From: Verrucomicrobiaceae bacterium
Lineage (GTDB): Bacteria > Verrucomicrobiota > Verrucomicrobiia > Verrucomicrobiales > Akkermansiaceae
DNA: 64,000 bases
NCBI GenBank assembly: GCA_051252135.1
Contig: JBPOGH010000004.1
Location: forward strand, 32,001-96,000
Reading direction: 5' to 3'
Shown here piece by piece: positions 1 through 12,539 of this stretch. Under the pieces are notes generated by a model. The model was not told the origin of the DNA. It did not search any database and saw only the letters and a list, made by a program, of their open reading frames with translations. The translations under genes were made by a program, and so were the position numbers. Numbering within the stretch: position 1 is the first letter of the stretch; every line of letters begins with the position of its first letter.

Positions 1-231
1 TTTATGCGTTATCTGCCGAACGGGCAGGGCGGGTTTGCGGGGCAGGGGGCGTATGGTTACGCGAGCATTGCGGCCTTTGTGGAGGCTGCGAGATCGGTGC
101 GGGCGGGGGAGTCGCGGGCGGAGGATTGGGAGTCGCGGCTGGCGACGGTGAAGGGGACGAAGGCGGTGACGGCGATTCTGGAAGCGGGGAGGAAGAGTCT
201 GGATGGGGGAGGGGTCAGGATTGATCTCTAA
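1..231 (+). CDS. 3' end of probable Gfo/Idh/MocA-family oxidoreductase (5'-truncated by window edge)
   Basis: Open frame from window edge. The C-terminus YGYASIAAFVEAA...TAILEAGRKSL resembles Gfo/Idh/MocA C-terminal ends. Confidence 0.5.
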   Translation, partial: FMRYLPNGQGGFAGQGAYGYASIAAFVEAARSVRAGESRAEDWESRLATVKGTKAVTAILEAGRKSLDGGGVRIDL

Positions 232-1379
232 CGGACGAGGGGATTGACGGGAAAGTTGGTGCGGCGGGAGGGGTTGTCGGGGACGACGATGGTGGATTCC
301 TTTTTTGGGGTCTGTTCGGTGGTTTGTTCCTGGAAGTGTTTGAGGAGGGTGGAGGTGCGGTCGTGGTCGTGGAGGAGGAGTTTTGATTGTCGGGTGGAGC
401 TGAAGCGATCGGAGAGGTCGAGGTAGGTGACGTTGACTTGCTGAAGGCTTTGGAGGGAGGTGCCGGAGATTTCCTTGGCGAGGATGCGGCGGTGTTGTTT
501 GAGGGTGTCGGCCTCGGCTTTGATTTCGGGGGATTTTTCGAGGGAGGAGATTTGGGAGGCGATGTTTTCGGCGAGGTCGGGGGGGAGGAGTTTGGCGTAG
601 GGTTGGGTGCGGAGTTCGCGGAGGCGGGCCCAGCGGTCGATGGGATCGAGGGAGCGGGCGTTTTCGAGCGCGTTGAGCATTTGTTGGCGGGCTTCATCCC
701 GGAGGGAGTCGGGGCCCTGGCGTTGGATGTTGAGCCATTGGCGGAGGGCGGTGGAGCCATCCTTGGGGAAGGCGTGAGCGAGAGTGGGCCAGACTTCGAG
801 GTCGGTTGTGCCGCCGAGGGAGCGGTGGTGGGTGATGGCTTTGAGGGCGAAGGGGTAGTTGCCATCGAGGCGGCCGATGCCGATGAAGACGGGTTTTTTG
901 GTGGCGTAGCGGGTGAGTGGCTGGGGGGCTTTGTGGAGATGGCCGGCGCCGAGGATGGCTCCGCCGGTGACGGTGCGTTCGTGCTGGAGGAGGAGGTCGG
1001 TGATCCAGCCGCCTTTGGAGAATCCGGAGAGGTAGACTTTTTGGGGATCGAGGGAATAGTTGGTGAGGAGGTGCTTGCGGACGGCGTGGTAGAGTCCGAG
1101 TTCGCGGGCGAAATTTTGGGGAGTGAGTTGGAGTTGTCCGGCTTGGGCGTAGGCCATGCCGACGACGATCCAGCCTTGGTCATCGGTGTGTTGTCGGATG
1201 AGTTGGGTGTCGGGGGTGCCGTTGGTGCCGTGGTAGTGGAAGATGGCGGGGTGCTTTTTGGCGGGGTCGAAATTTTCCGGAAGGAAGACCTGGATGGGGT
1301 GTTGGATTTCCTTGAATCTGAGTTCGAGGATTTTGGCGTGGGCGGGGAGGATGAGGGCCAGGAGGAGAAGGAAGCGCAT
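228..1379 (-). CDS. Secreted alpha/beta-hydrolase (esterase/peptidase-like)
   Basis: Signal peptide MRFLLLLALILPAHA, nucleophile motif GFSKGG after 'SLDPQKVYLS', candidate Asp (GRLDG) and His (LAHAF). Start re-assigned to ATG 1379. Confidence 0.75.
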   Translation of the reverse strand: MRFLLLLALILPAHAKILELRFKEIQHPIQVFLPENFDPAKKHPAIFHYHGTNGTPDTQLIRQHTDDQGWIVVGMAYAQAGQLQLTPQNFARELGLYHAVRKHLLTNYSLDPQKVYLSGFSKGGWITDLLLQHERTVTGGAILGAGHLHKAPQPLTRYATKKPVFIGIGRLDGNYPFALKAITHHRSLGGTTDLEVWPTLAHAFPKDGSTALRQWLNIQRQGPDSLRDEARQQMLNALENARSLDPIDRWARLRELRTQPYAKLLPPDLAENIASQISSLEKSPEIKAEADTLKQHRRILAKEISGTSLQSLQQVNVTYLDLSDRFSSTRQSKLLLHDHDRTSTLLKHFQEQTTEQTPKKESTIVVPDNPSRRTNFPVNPLVR

Positions 1380-1466
1380 GAGGGCGAGATGGTGGACCAG
1401 GATGGGTCCGGAGAGAATGAGGAAATTGGGCTGGGAAAGGGTGGCGGGTGCGGTGAGTTTGTGGGG

Positions 1467-2372
1467 GTGACGATTGAGGTGATTGGTTTTGGGTTGGCGG
1501 GTGCTTGTGTGGCGCTGCGGGCGCAGGAGCGTGGGCTGAAGGTGCGGGTGGTGGATGACGGGGTGGGTGGGAGCACCGAGGTGGCGGCGGGGTTGGTGAA
1601 TCCGGTGGCGGGTCGGAATTTTCAGCCGAGCTGGATGGTGCGGGAGTATTGGGCGGAGGCCTTGCCCTTTTATGAGGAGCTGGATGGGGAGATGTATCAT
1701 GCGGTGCCGATTTTGAGGAAGTGGATCGATGGGAAGGATCGGGCGAAATTTGAGAAGAAGCGTGAGGTAGTGGCGGATTGGGTGGATGAGGTGAGTGAGG
1801 AGGGGGTGTTGTGGAAGGGGGGCGGTTGGCTGGAGACGCGGCGGTTTCTGGCGGTGGCGCGGGAGCGGTTTCTGGCGCGGGGCGGCGTGATTTCTGCGGA
1901 GCAGGGGGAGGCGGAGGTGCGGGTGTGGTGCACGGGAGCGCGGGGGTTGATTCGGGAGGAGTTCGAGGGGGTGGCGCACCGGAGTGCGAAGGGGGAGATT
2001 TTGACGGTGCGGGTGCCGGGGTGGGGTGAGGAGCGGATTTTGAATCGGAGCGGGTGGTTGATTCCGATTGGGGGGGATTGTTATCGGGTGGGGGCAACTT
2101 ATGAATGGGATGGGCTGGAGACGGGGCCCTCGGAGAAGGGGCGGGCGCGGGTGGAGGAGATATTGCGGAGTTTTACGGATCGGGAGTATGAGGTGGTGGG
2201 GCATGTGGCTGGAATCAGGCCGATCATTCAGCAGAGTCGGCCGGTGACGGTTTATGAAGAGGGGAAGGGATGGATGTTGAACGGGTTGGGATCGAAGGGG
2301 GTGATTTATGCGCCGGGGGTGGCGCGGGAGTTGGTGGAGAAGGTGGTTTCCCAATGGGGCGCGGGAGGTTAG
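1467..2372 (+). CDS. FAD-dependent oxidoreductase (DAO/glycine oxidase-like)
   Basis: Rossmann motif IEVIGFGLAG, AAGLVNP, KGE, GATYE, AGIRP, NGLGSKG. Start set at GTG 1467. Confidence 0.8.
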   Translation: MTIEVIGFGLAGACVALRAQERGLKVRVVDDGVGGSTEVAAGLVNPVAGRNFQPSWMVREYWAEALPFYEELDGEMYHAVPILRKWIDGKDRAKFEKKREVVADWVDEVSEEGVLWKGGGWLETRRFLAVARERFLARGGVISAEQGEAEVRVWCTGARGLIREEFEGVAHRSAKGEILTVRVPGWGEERILNRSGWLIPIGGDCYRVGATYEWDGLETGPSEKGRARVEEILRSFTDREYEVVGHVAGIRPIIQQSRPVTVYEEGKGWMLNGLGSKGVIYAPGVARELVEKVVSQWGAGG

Positions 2373-2385
2373 GGTCGGGCAAGCG

Positions 2386-3606
2386 ATGGCGCAGAAAAAC
2401 GACGAGCTGGAAAAATGGGCGATGGATGTGATCTCCGGGAAGGCGCGTGGGGTGGGTCCGACGGCGCTGCGTTTTTTTCTGCGCGGGGTGTCGGTGCTTT
2501 ACAAGGTGGGGGTGAAGACGCGGCTCCGTCTTTTCCGCAAGGGATGGAAGGAGCAGCATGATTTGGGGACGATGGTGGTGAGTATTGGGAATTTGACAGT
2601 GGGGGGAACGGGGAAGACTCCGGTGGTGGAGCGGTTTGCGCGGGAGCTGAGTGAGCGCGGGCGGAAGGTGGCGATCTTGAGTCGGGGGTATAAGAGTGCG
2701 GAGTTGAAGAGTCCGCAGAAGTGGATTCATCCGGAGTCGGGGGCGCGGGTGACGAGTCCGCCGAAGATTGTGAGTGACGGGATGAAGGTGCATCTGAAGG
2801 CGCGTTATGCGGGGGATGAGCCTTATATGTTGGCGAAGAATCTGCCGGGCGTGGCGGTGGTGGTGGATAAGGACCGGGTGCGGGGTGGTCGGTTTGCGGT
2901 GAAGGAGCTGGGGGTGGACACGTTGTTGCTGGATGACGGGATGCAGTATCTTGATTTGGCCCACTCGCTGGATGTGGTGCTGGTGGACCAGGGGTCGCCT
3001 TTTGGGATGAAGGGAATTTTGCCGAGGGGGACGCTGCGGGAGCCGCCGAGGAATCTGAAGCGGGCGGATTATGTGTTCATCACGAAGTGTGACGGGTCGT
3101 CAAACGAGCAGCTGCGGAAGCGGATCACGCGGTATAATCCGAATGCGGAGATTATGGAGTGCACGCACGGGCCGAAGCATGTTCAGGGTGTTTTTCATGA
3201 TGAGGTGCTGCCGCTGGAGGAGATGGATGGGAAGTATGTCGCGGCGATCTCGGGGATTGCGGTGCCGAAGAGCTTTGACAAGTTGTTGAAGGGGTTGGGG
3301 GCGAAGGTGCTTTTTCACACGACCTTTGCCGATCATCACGCGTTTACCCAGGATGACATTGACCGGTTTATGACGCGGTGTGTGAACCGGGGGGTGGAGA
3401 TGATTATTACGACGGAGAAGGATGCGGTGCGTTTTCCGGTGCCGAGTGAGGCGGATGTGCCGGTGTTTTACCTGAGGATTGAGGTGAAGATTCTGGAAGG
3501 GGAGGAGGTGTGGGAGCGCTGTGTGGAGCGAATTGCGCAGCGGGTGGCGAAGGCACCGGAGGATTGGACCGAGGAACGTTTATTGGTAGGAGATGTGGTG
3601 GCATGA
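2386..3606 (+). CDS. lpxK: Tetraacyldisaccharide 4'-kinase
   Basis: [43 protein letters not shown] and TTEKDAV motifs. Confidence 0.95.
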   Translation: MAQKNDELEKWAMDVISGKARGVGPTALRFFLRGVSVLYKVGVKTRLRLFRKGWKEQHDLGTMVVSIGNLTVGGTGKTPVVERFARELSERGRKVAILSRGYKSAELKSPQKWIHPESGARVTSPPKIVSDGMKVHLKARYAGDEPYMLAKNLPGVAVVVDKDRVRGGRFAVKELGVDTLLLDDGMQYLDLAHSLDVVLVDQGSPFGMKGILPRGTLREPPRNLKRADYVFITKCDGSSNEQLRKRITRYNPNAEIMECTHGPKHVQGVFHDEVLPLEEMDGKYVAAISGIAVPKSFDKLLKGLGAKVLFHTTFADHHAFTQDDIDRFMTRCVNRGVEMIITTEKDAVRFPVPSEADVPVFYLRIEVKILEGEEVWERCVERIAQRVAKAPEDWTEERLLVGDVVA

Positions 3607-4244
3607 AGTGTTTATTGATATTGATGGCGGGTGTTTCGGTGGCGTATGCGGGGACGATGGCGGAGCCGATGGTGTTGAAGGCGGAGGCGCTGAAGGAGTT
3701 TGCGGAGCTTTCGAAGGAGCGAAAAAAGGTGATTTCCGATGCGCTGGAGATGGCGCGGAAGAATCAGGGATTTCGTTACAAGTTTGGCGGGGCGAGTCCG
3801 AAGGCGGGTGGTTTTGATTGTTCGGGAGCGATGTATTATTTGCTGCGGAAGTCGGAGTTGAAGCCCCCGAGGACGTCTTCCCAGCAATATGTGTGGGTTC
3901 GGGATGCGAAGGAGCTGACGACAGTTCCGCGATCGGTAAAGAAAGTGGACGATGCGGTTTTTGAGAAGATGCTTCCGGGTGACCTTTTGTTTTGGAGTGG
4001 AACGTATGCTCCGACGGACGGGCGGACGGTGAAGATCACGCATGTGGGGATGTATTTGGGGACGGAGAAGAAGGACGGGCGTCCGGTGATGATCTGTGCG
4101 ACGCGGGGGCGGAGTTACCGGGGGGTGCAGCGTGACGGGTTCGGGGTGTATGATTTTCGGATTCCTTCGAGCAAGAGCCGGTCGAAGTTTGAGGGGTATG
4201 GTCCGCCACCGGGATTGGATAAAAAAGGTGGTGAAACGGAATGA
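3603..4244 (+). CDS. Secreted NlpC/P60 (C40) cell-wall peptidase
   Basis: Signal peptide, YKFGG...GFDCSG, PRTSSQQ, PGDLLF, HVGMYLG. Start overlaps the lpxK stop (ATGA). Confidence 0.9.
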   Translation: MKCLLILMAGVSVAYAGTMAEPMVLKAEALKEFAELSKERKKVISDALEMARKNQGFRYKFGGASPKAGGFDCSGAMYYLLRKSELKPPRTSSQQYVWVRDAKELTTVPRSVKKVDDAVFEKMLPGDLLFWSGTYAPTDGRTVKITHVGMYLGTEKKDGRPVMICATRGRSYRGVQRDGFGVYDFRIPSSKSRSKFEGYGPPPGLDKKGGETE

Positions 4245-4263
4245 AGGATGCTCCTGTGTGTCT

Positions 4264-5256
4264 ATGAACGATCGACTTGGCAGACCTTTGCGTGATTTGC
4301 GCCTGTCGTTGACGGATCGGTGTAACTTCCGGTGTCGTTATTGCATGCCGGTGGAGGTGTTTGGGCCGGGGTATCAATTTTTGCCGCGGGAGGAAATTTT
4401 GACCTTTGGGGAGATGGTGCGGATTGTGCGTGCGGGGGTGGCGATGGGGGTGGGCAAGGTGCGGCTGACGGGCGGGGAGCCGCTGTTGAGACGGGGGGTG
4501 GAGGATTTGGTGGCTCTGATTTCAGCGGTCGACGGGGTGGAGGATTTGGCGATGACGACGAACGGGATTTTGTTGGGGCATCATGCGGAGGGGTTGCAGA
4601 TGGCGGGATTGAATCGGGTGACGGTGAGTCTGGATGCCATCGATCCGGAGATTTTCGCGAAGATGAACGGGGTGGGAGCGAAGGTGGAGCGGGTGCTGAA
4701 GGGAATCAATGCGGCGCAGAACTTCGGTCTGCCGGTGAAGGTGAACATGGTGGTGCAGAAGGGGGTGAACGATCAGGAGATTTTACCGATGTTACGTTGG
4801 GCGCGTGAGGCGAAGGTGACGTTGCGATTTATCGAATATATGGATGTGGGGGAGAGCAACGGATGGCAGAAGAAGGATGTGGTGTCTGCGGCGGAGATTG
4901 TGTCATTGATCGAGGGTGAATTTTCCTGTGTGCCGGTTGAGGAGAGTTATCGGGGCGAGGTGGCGAAGCGTTGGAAATTTGAGGATGGGGAGGGAGAGTT
5001 CGGGGTGATTTCATCGGTGACGCAGCCGTTCTGCGGTGATTGTTCGCGCCTCCGGGTATCGGCGGAAGGACGGAGCCATACCTGCCTCTTTTCCAGTGAA
5101 GGGCGGGACCTCCGCGCGGTGTTGCGAAGCGGAGCGAGCGATGAGGAATTGATTGGATTTCTATCCGGGACCTGGCGGGAGCGGACGGATCGCTACTCGG
5201 AGGAGCGAGGTGAAATTCAAAGAACGAAAGCCGAGATGAGTTATCTCGGGGGATAA
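4264..5256 (+). CDS. moaA: GTP 3',8-cyclase (radical SAM, molybdopterin synthesis)
   Basis: LRLSLTDRCNFRCRYCMP, RLTGGEPLLR, FCGDCSRLR...CLF, C-terminal MSYLGG. Confidence 0.95.
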   Translation: MNDRLGRPLRDLRLSLTDRCNFRCRYCMPVEVFGPGYQFLPREEILTFGEMVRIVRAGVAMGVGKVRLTGGEPLLRRGVEDLVALISAVDGVEDLAMTTNGILLGHHAEGLQMAGLNRVTVSLDAIDPEIFAKMNGVGAKVERVLKGINAAQNFGLPVKVNMVVQKGVNDQEILPMLRWAREAKVTLRFIEYMDVGESNGWQKKDVVSAAEIVSLIEGEFSCVPVEESYRGEVAKRWKFEDGEGEFGVISSVTQPFCGDCSRLRVSAEGRSHTCLFSSEGRDLRAVLRSGASDEELIGFLSGTWRERTDRYSEERGEIQRTKAEMSYLGG

Positions 5257-5289
5257 AAAAAGCCCTCCGTAGGGGCGGAGGGCTTTGTT
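5255..5289. terminator. Bidirectional intrinsic terminator
   Basis: A-tract, GCCCTCCG-loop-CGGAGGGC stem, TTTGTT, between convergent genes. Confidence 0.85.
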
Positions 5290-5311
5290 AAAGTTAGGAT
5301 TGGGGGGGCAA

Positions 5312-5617
5312 TCAGAGCTTGGCCTTGGCCTTGGCGTACTTCTTTTGAAGATTGGCAAGGTGGGCTTCGGTGTTTGCGATTTCTGCAGCCAGGGAGGTAA
5401 GCTCCTGAAGTGCTTTGAGTTCCTTGGATGAGGCGCCTCCTGCGATGGTCGAGATACCGCCGGCTTTCTTTTTCCAGGAATTGATGGTGGCAGCAGTTAC
5501 GCTGAACTTTTTAACTGCCTTTGTTTGACCACCGCGGCCTTCGGCTGCGATGAAATCAAGTATTTCCTTTTTTTGAGCGTCGGAATAGCGCTTTGCTTTT
5601 GCTTTTTGTTTAGCCAT
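5312..5617 (-). CDS. Small basic HTH protein with C-terminal coiled coil
   Basis: KRYSDAQKKEIL...AVKKFSVTAATINSWKK is HTH-like. Lys/Ala-rich with a heptad-like tail. Confidence 0.75.
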   Translation of the reverse strand: MAKQKAKAKRYSDAQKKEILDFIAAEGRGGQTKAVKKFSVTAATINSWKKKAGGISTIAGGASSKELKALQELTSLAAEIANTEAHLANLQKKYAKAKAKL

Positions 5618-5711
5618 ACGGTCCGAACGTTTATGAACGAACGAGTTAGGTCAATGTTAATTAGTGCAACTTATCATCGAAAGAGATAAGGATAGTTAAC
5701 TTTTTAGTTTT

Positions 5712-7094
5712 TTAGTTCTTTGCGGTTCCTCTGAAATCGTAGCAGATGAGGCGGGTGGGGGTGCCATCGAAGCCCTTGGTGTTTTCGGTAATGTATAGGA
5801 GGCCCCGGTGAATGACGGGTGGAGTCCAGGTCTCCCGGGCGGTGAAGAGGCGGGTGCGCTGAATGATTTGAGGTTTTGTGGGAGAAAGCTTTAGCTCGGC
5901 AAAGCTTCCATCTTCTCCGAGAGAGAAGATGCGCTCATGGGTATGGATGAAGGACCCTCGGAAAAGTCCGGTGACACGTCCTTCTTCTTCCCAACGCAAA
6001 TCGTCTTCCCATTGAATCTTTCCAGTTTTTAGATCGATTGCTTTGAGTTGGGTATCGGGGATGTTTCTTCCGGCAAATCCATAAAGGTAAGAATCGATCA
6101 ATTGGGGCACCATCATGTGCATTCCGAACCAACGTTCGGTCCAAACCGGGGAGGGTTGGAGCTTTTCATCGAAGGAGAGAAGGACTCCACCTTTTTCATA
6201 ACAATCGGAAATGAAGATTTGATTATTGGGGAGGGCGGTGGGAGTGGAGGCGAGGACGGATTCGTAGATATCGGCCCGCCAGGGGAAGCGGGAGTGGAGT
6301 TTGCCTGAGGCGGGATCGAGGATGAGGAGTCCTCCGTGCGGGGGGCGGGATTCTCCGGCGGCGATGACGGCGATGATGTCCTTTCCGTGGAGGGTGGCGG
6401 TGATGGGGGAGGCGTAGGAGGCTCCCCAGATGTCCTCGTGGGTCCAAAGGGTTTTTCCGTTGGTGAGATCGAAGGCGGCGACGCAGGTGCCCGAGGTTTC
6501 ATTTTCCTTGCCGCCGACGTTGATGATGAGGCGGTCCTTGTGGACGAGGGGATTGGGTCCGTATCCGAAGAAGTATTGGGGGATGCTGAATTCTTCGGTG
6601 AGATCGCGTTTCCAGAGAACTTTTCCGGATTCGAGGTCGAGGCAGTGGAGCATGGCGGTGACTCCGATGAGGTAGATTTTTCCGTGGTGGACGACGGGGC
6701 TGGAGCGGGGGCCGGAGGAGAAGCCGTAGCGATCGCGGTATTTGATGGGGTAGGAGAAAGTCCAGTAGCGCCGGCCGGTCTCGGGGTGGAGGCAATCGAG
6801 GGTTTCCCGGGAATCGGGGGCGTGGAAGTGGAGGAGGCGGCCATTGGCGATGATGGGTGAGGCGTAGGAAGGTCCGCGGGCGAGTTCGAAAACGGGAGTG
6901 AGTCCGTCTTTGAAGTCCTTAAGCAAGGGGGCTTCGTTGGTGGTGCAGTTATCGTGGGGGCCGAAGAAGCGGGGCCAATCGGAGAAGGTGGCGTTCTCAG
7001 CGAGGGGTTTGGGTGCTTTGTGGAAGGTGAGGCCCTCAAAGGTGGATTGGGCGGCGAGGATGCCCGGGATGAGGAAGAGGAGGAAGCGGACCAT
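5712..7094 (-). CDS. PQQ-binding-like beta-propeller repeat protein (secreted)
   Basis: Signal peptide, DWPRFFGP, repeated ASP/SSP...LHCLDLESGKVLW blades, TWTPPVI. Confidence 0.85.
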   Translation of the reverse strand: MVRFLLFLIPGILAAQSTFEGLTFHKAPKPLAENATFSDWPRFFGPHDNCTTNEAPLLKDFKDGLTPVFELARGPSYASPIIANGRLLHFHAPDSRETLDCLHPETGRRYWTFSYPIKYRDRYGFSSGPRSSPVVHHGKIYLIGVTAMLHCLDLESGKVLWKRDLTEEFSIPQYFFGYGPNPLVHKDRLIINVGGKENETSGTCVAAFDLTNGKTLWTHEDIWGASYASPITATLHGKDIIAVIAAGESRPPHGGLLILDPASGKLHSRFPWRADIYESVLASTPTALPNNQIFISDCYEKGGVLLSFDEKLQPSPVWTERWFGMHMMVPQLIDSYLYGFAGRNIPDTQLKAIDLKTGKIQWEDDLRWEEEGRVTGLFRGSFIHTHERIFSLGEDGSFAELKLSPTKPQIIQRTRLFTARETWTPPVIHRGLLYITENTKGFDGTPTRLICYDFRGTAKN

Positions 7095-7163
7095 GGGGTG
7101 AGTTTGGCCGGAAACGGGGGAGGTGGCATTAAAAAAGCCGGAAGTCTTTTGATTGCAGGGTGA

Positions 7164-10340
<3,177 letters not shown>

Positions 10341-10356
10341 GGGAAACCGGAGGTTC

Positions 10357-10393
10357 AAAAAAAGCGGCTTTGGATAGAATCCAAAGCCGCTTT
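10357..10393. terminator. Bidirectional intrinsic terminator
   Basis: AAAAAAAGCGGCTTTGGAT-AGA-ATCCAAAGCCGCTTT between convergent genes. Confidence 0.9.
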
Positions 10394-10427
10394 AGTTTGT
10401 TGGGGTTTGCCGGGGGGCAAATTGTTT

Positions 10428-12356
10428 TTATTCCTTGATTACGCGGTAGAAGCGGGCAGCGCCGCTGCTGGCGAAGGTGAAGGTTTTGGTGGTGGCATCG
10501 GAATCGACGCCGTCGATCTCTTCGAGCCAGAACTCGAGATCGCTGGATGATTCGATGCGGTAGGTGGCGCCTGGCTCGGAATTCCAGGTGAGGGAAACCA
10601 TGTTCGAGGCATCGAGGATGATTTCGCTGATGGTGACCGGACCTGAGCTTGGGCTACCTCCGTTTGAGATGTTGAGTGAGTCGAGGCTGACCGGGCCACG
10701 TCCGATGCTCCAGTTGATCGCGGAGAAGAGAACGTAGAATCCTTTTGAGAATTCGTCGTCCAATCCTGCTTCGGCGTAGGTGGCGGAATGGAGTTGGTTT
10801 TCACCGGCATACCAAGTGTATCCAAGATTGGTGAGGACGAGCGAGAACTCCTGATTGTCGTTTTTCCAATCCCAGTCCGAGATGTCGACATTGACAGCGT
10901 CGATAGGGTTGGTGTCAGCAGCCTTGGAGTCATTGGCGTGATAAGCGATCGCGGATACGCCGTCCAAGCGGCTGGCGCCCATAGTGGCAACGTCGAGCCA
11001 GATTCCTCCGGTGGTATTCTGCCAAGCCTGAAGGCTGTAAGTCTGCTGTTCGAAGGCGCTGGCGATTCCCATCATGGGGCGAAGGGCGGTGTCGGCATCG
11101 TTTTCGACTTCAATATCAGCAGGCCCGAGGTTCCAGGTGATGGTGGTCGGGGAGCCGGCCGGTGGGATAGGAAAGACATTCTTGGTGACCACCTCGCCGT
11201 GGCCCCAATCGCCGCCATCATTCCCCCAAGTGACGAGGCTGTCTGCGATGGAGTAGGTTTTGTTACCGATGTGTCTCCAGTTTTCCTCGTTGAGGAAGTC
11301 GGTGTCGAAGTCATCGAAGAAGTTGGCTTCACTGAGCGGGGGAGCGGGTTGGACGTTCACGACGAGTTGGCGGACGTTATCAGCTTCGCCTGTTTTACTC
11401 ACGGTGATGGTGTAAATGACCTGTGTGGTGGCTTCCACCTCGGGGGCGGTGACGGTCACGCTGCCGGTGCCGGCGGTAGTCTGTGCGGTGACATCGCCAA
11501 TTTCCTGGTCGATGGAGACCGCGGTGGCTCCGGAATCGACGATCCACTCGAGGTCAAATTTTTCGCCGGCGCGGACGGGGTTTTTGGCGGCGCTGAATCC
11601 GGTGATGAGACCGGAGGGACCTTGTCCGTTGGTGACCGAGATTTTTTCGAACGACATGGTTCCCGAGCCGTTGTTGAAGTTCATGCCCATGGCGATGATG
11701 CGGAAGCCGTTTTGGAATTCGGCGTCGATACCGGCATCGGCCCAGGTGTGGGTGTAAAGTTCGGTGGTCCCGTCATACCAGGTGTATTGGGTATCGGTAA
11801 ATTCGAGACGGAGGGTTCTGCTTTCGGTCAACCAGTTCCAGGCGATGTCAACGCCGCCAAGGTTGAAAGCTTCGCCGCCGGCGTTCTTAGTATCATCCGC
11901 ATAACGGGCGGAACCGGAGACATTGGCGGTATCGGCAGGGTTGATGACATCGAGGTCAATCCAGATGCCGCCGGTGGAGTTCCAGTAGTGCTCGGGATTG
12001 TCGTCCGGCTCGTTATTACTATCGAGGCCGATTTGGTAGCGGATGGACTGACCGATGTCGTTGGTGACGGTGGAAGTGCCGATAACCCACTCAACGGTGG
12101 TGGTTTGGCCGGGTTCGGGGAGGAAGAACCGTTGTTGGGATTTGATGTCATAGCGGCCCCAATCGCCCCCGTCATCGTTCATGAGCAGGCGACCTCCGGT
12201 GACTGAAGCGGTCTTGGGTCCGGCGGACTCCCAGACTGCGGTGTCGAGCTCCGAGCCATCGAATTCATCGACGATATCGATGGCATAAACCGACGATATT
12301 GTCAGGCCGCACAGGGCGGTCTTGGACAACTGTGATAATATTGCATTAATGTGCAT
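10428..12356 (-). CDS. Secreted acidic protein with two duplicated lectin-like domains, an Ig-like linker and a conserved C-terminal domain
   Basis: Signal peptide. Duplicated DEFD...W...DGGDWG...GGIW.D...F..GF blocks. C-terminus LTW...YRIESSSDLEFW...RFYRV. Confidence 0.75.
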   Translation of the reverse strand: MHINAILSQLSKTALCGLTISSVYAIDIVDEFDGSELDTAVWESAGPKTASVTGGRLLMNDDGGDWGRYDIKSQQRFFLPEPGQTTTVEWVIGTSTVTNDIGQSIRYQIGLDSNNEPDDNPEHYWNSTGGIWIDLDVINPADTANVSGSARYADDTKNAGGEAFNLGGVDIAWNWLTESRTLRLEFTDTQYTWYDGTTELYTHTWADAGIDAEFQNGFRIIAMGMNFNNGSGTMSFEKISVTNGQGPSGLITGFSAAKNPVRAGEKFDLEWIVDSGATAVSIDQEIGDVTAQTTAGTGSVTVTAPEVEATTQVIYTITVSKTGEADNVRQLVVNVQPAPPLSEANFFDDFDTDFLNEENWRHIGNKTYSIADSLVTWGNDGGDWGHGEVVTKNVFPIPPAGSPTTITWNLGPADIEVENDADTALRPMMGIASAFEQQTYSLQAWQNTTGGIWLDVATMGASRLDGVSAIAYHANDSKAADTNPIDAVNVDISDWDWKNDNQEFSLVLTNLGYTWYAGENQLHSATYAEAGLDDEFSKGFYVLFSAINWSIGRGPVSLDSLNISNGGSPSSGPVTISEIILDASNMVSLTWNSEPGATYRIESSSDLEFWLEEIDGVDSDATTKTFTFASSGAARFYRVIKE

Positions 12357-12539
12357 TCACCTAGGGTGATGCATTTTCAGAAAAAATAAAGGTGTAAATT
12401 GGGTAGGTGAGATTTTTTTTGATCGGGGCTCCGGGGGTAATTGGAGAGGAGGACGGTGTAGAGGGATTCGTGACCGGAGGGGTGGGCGATTTTTTTCGCG
12501 CTTGCGGATGTCGGGATCGTTTGTGAAGGATCCCCTGTG

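Noticed and set aside
215..2354. Extended ORFs 215-1576, 228-2354 and 387-2372 as long overlapping genes
   Set aside because: The real coding parts are 228-1379 (-) and 1467-2372 (+). The extensions are antisense to each other's genes.
5312..5617. IS3-family transposase OrfA / insertion sequence
   Set aside because: No OrfB, terminal inverted repeats or target duplication, and a terminator follows directly.
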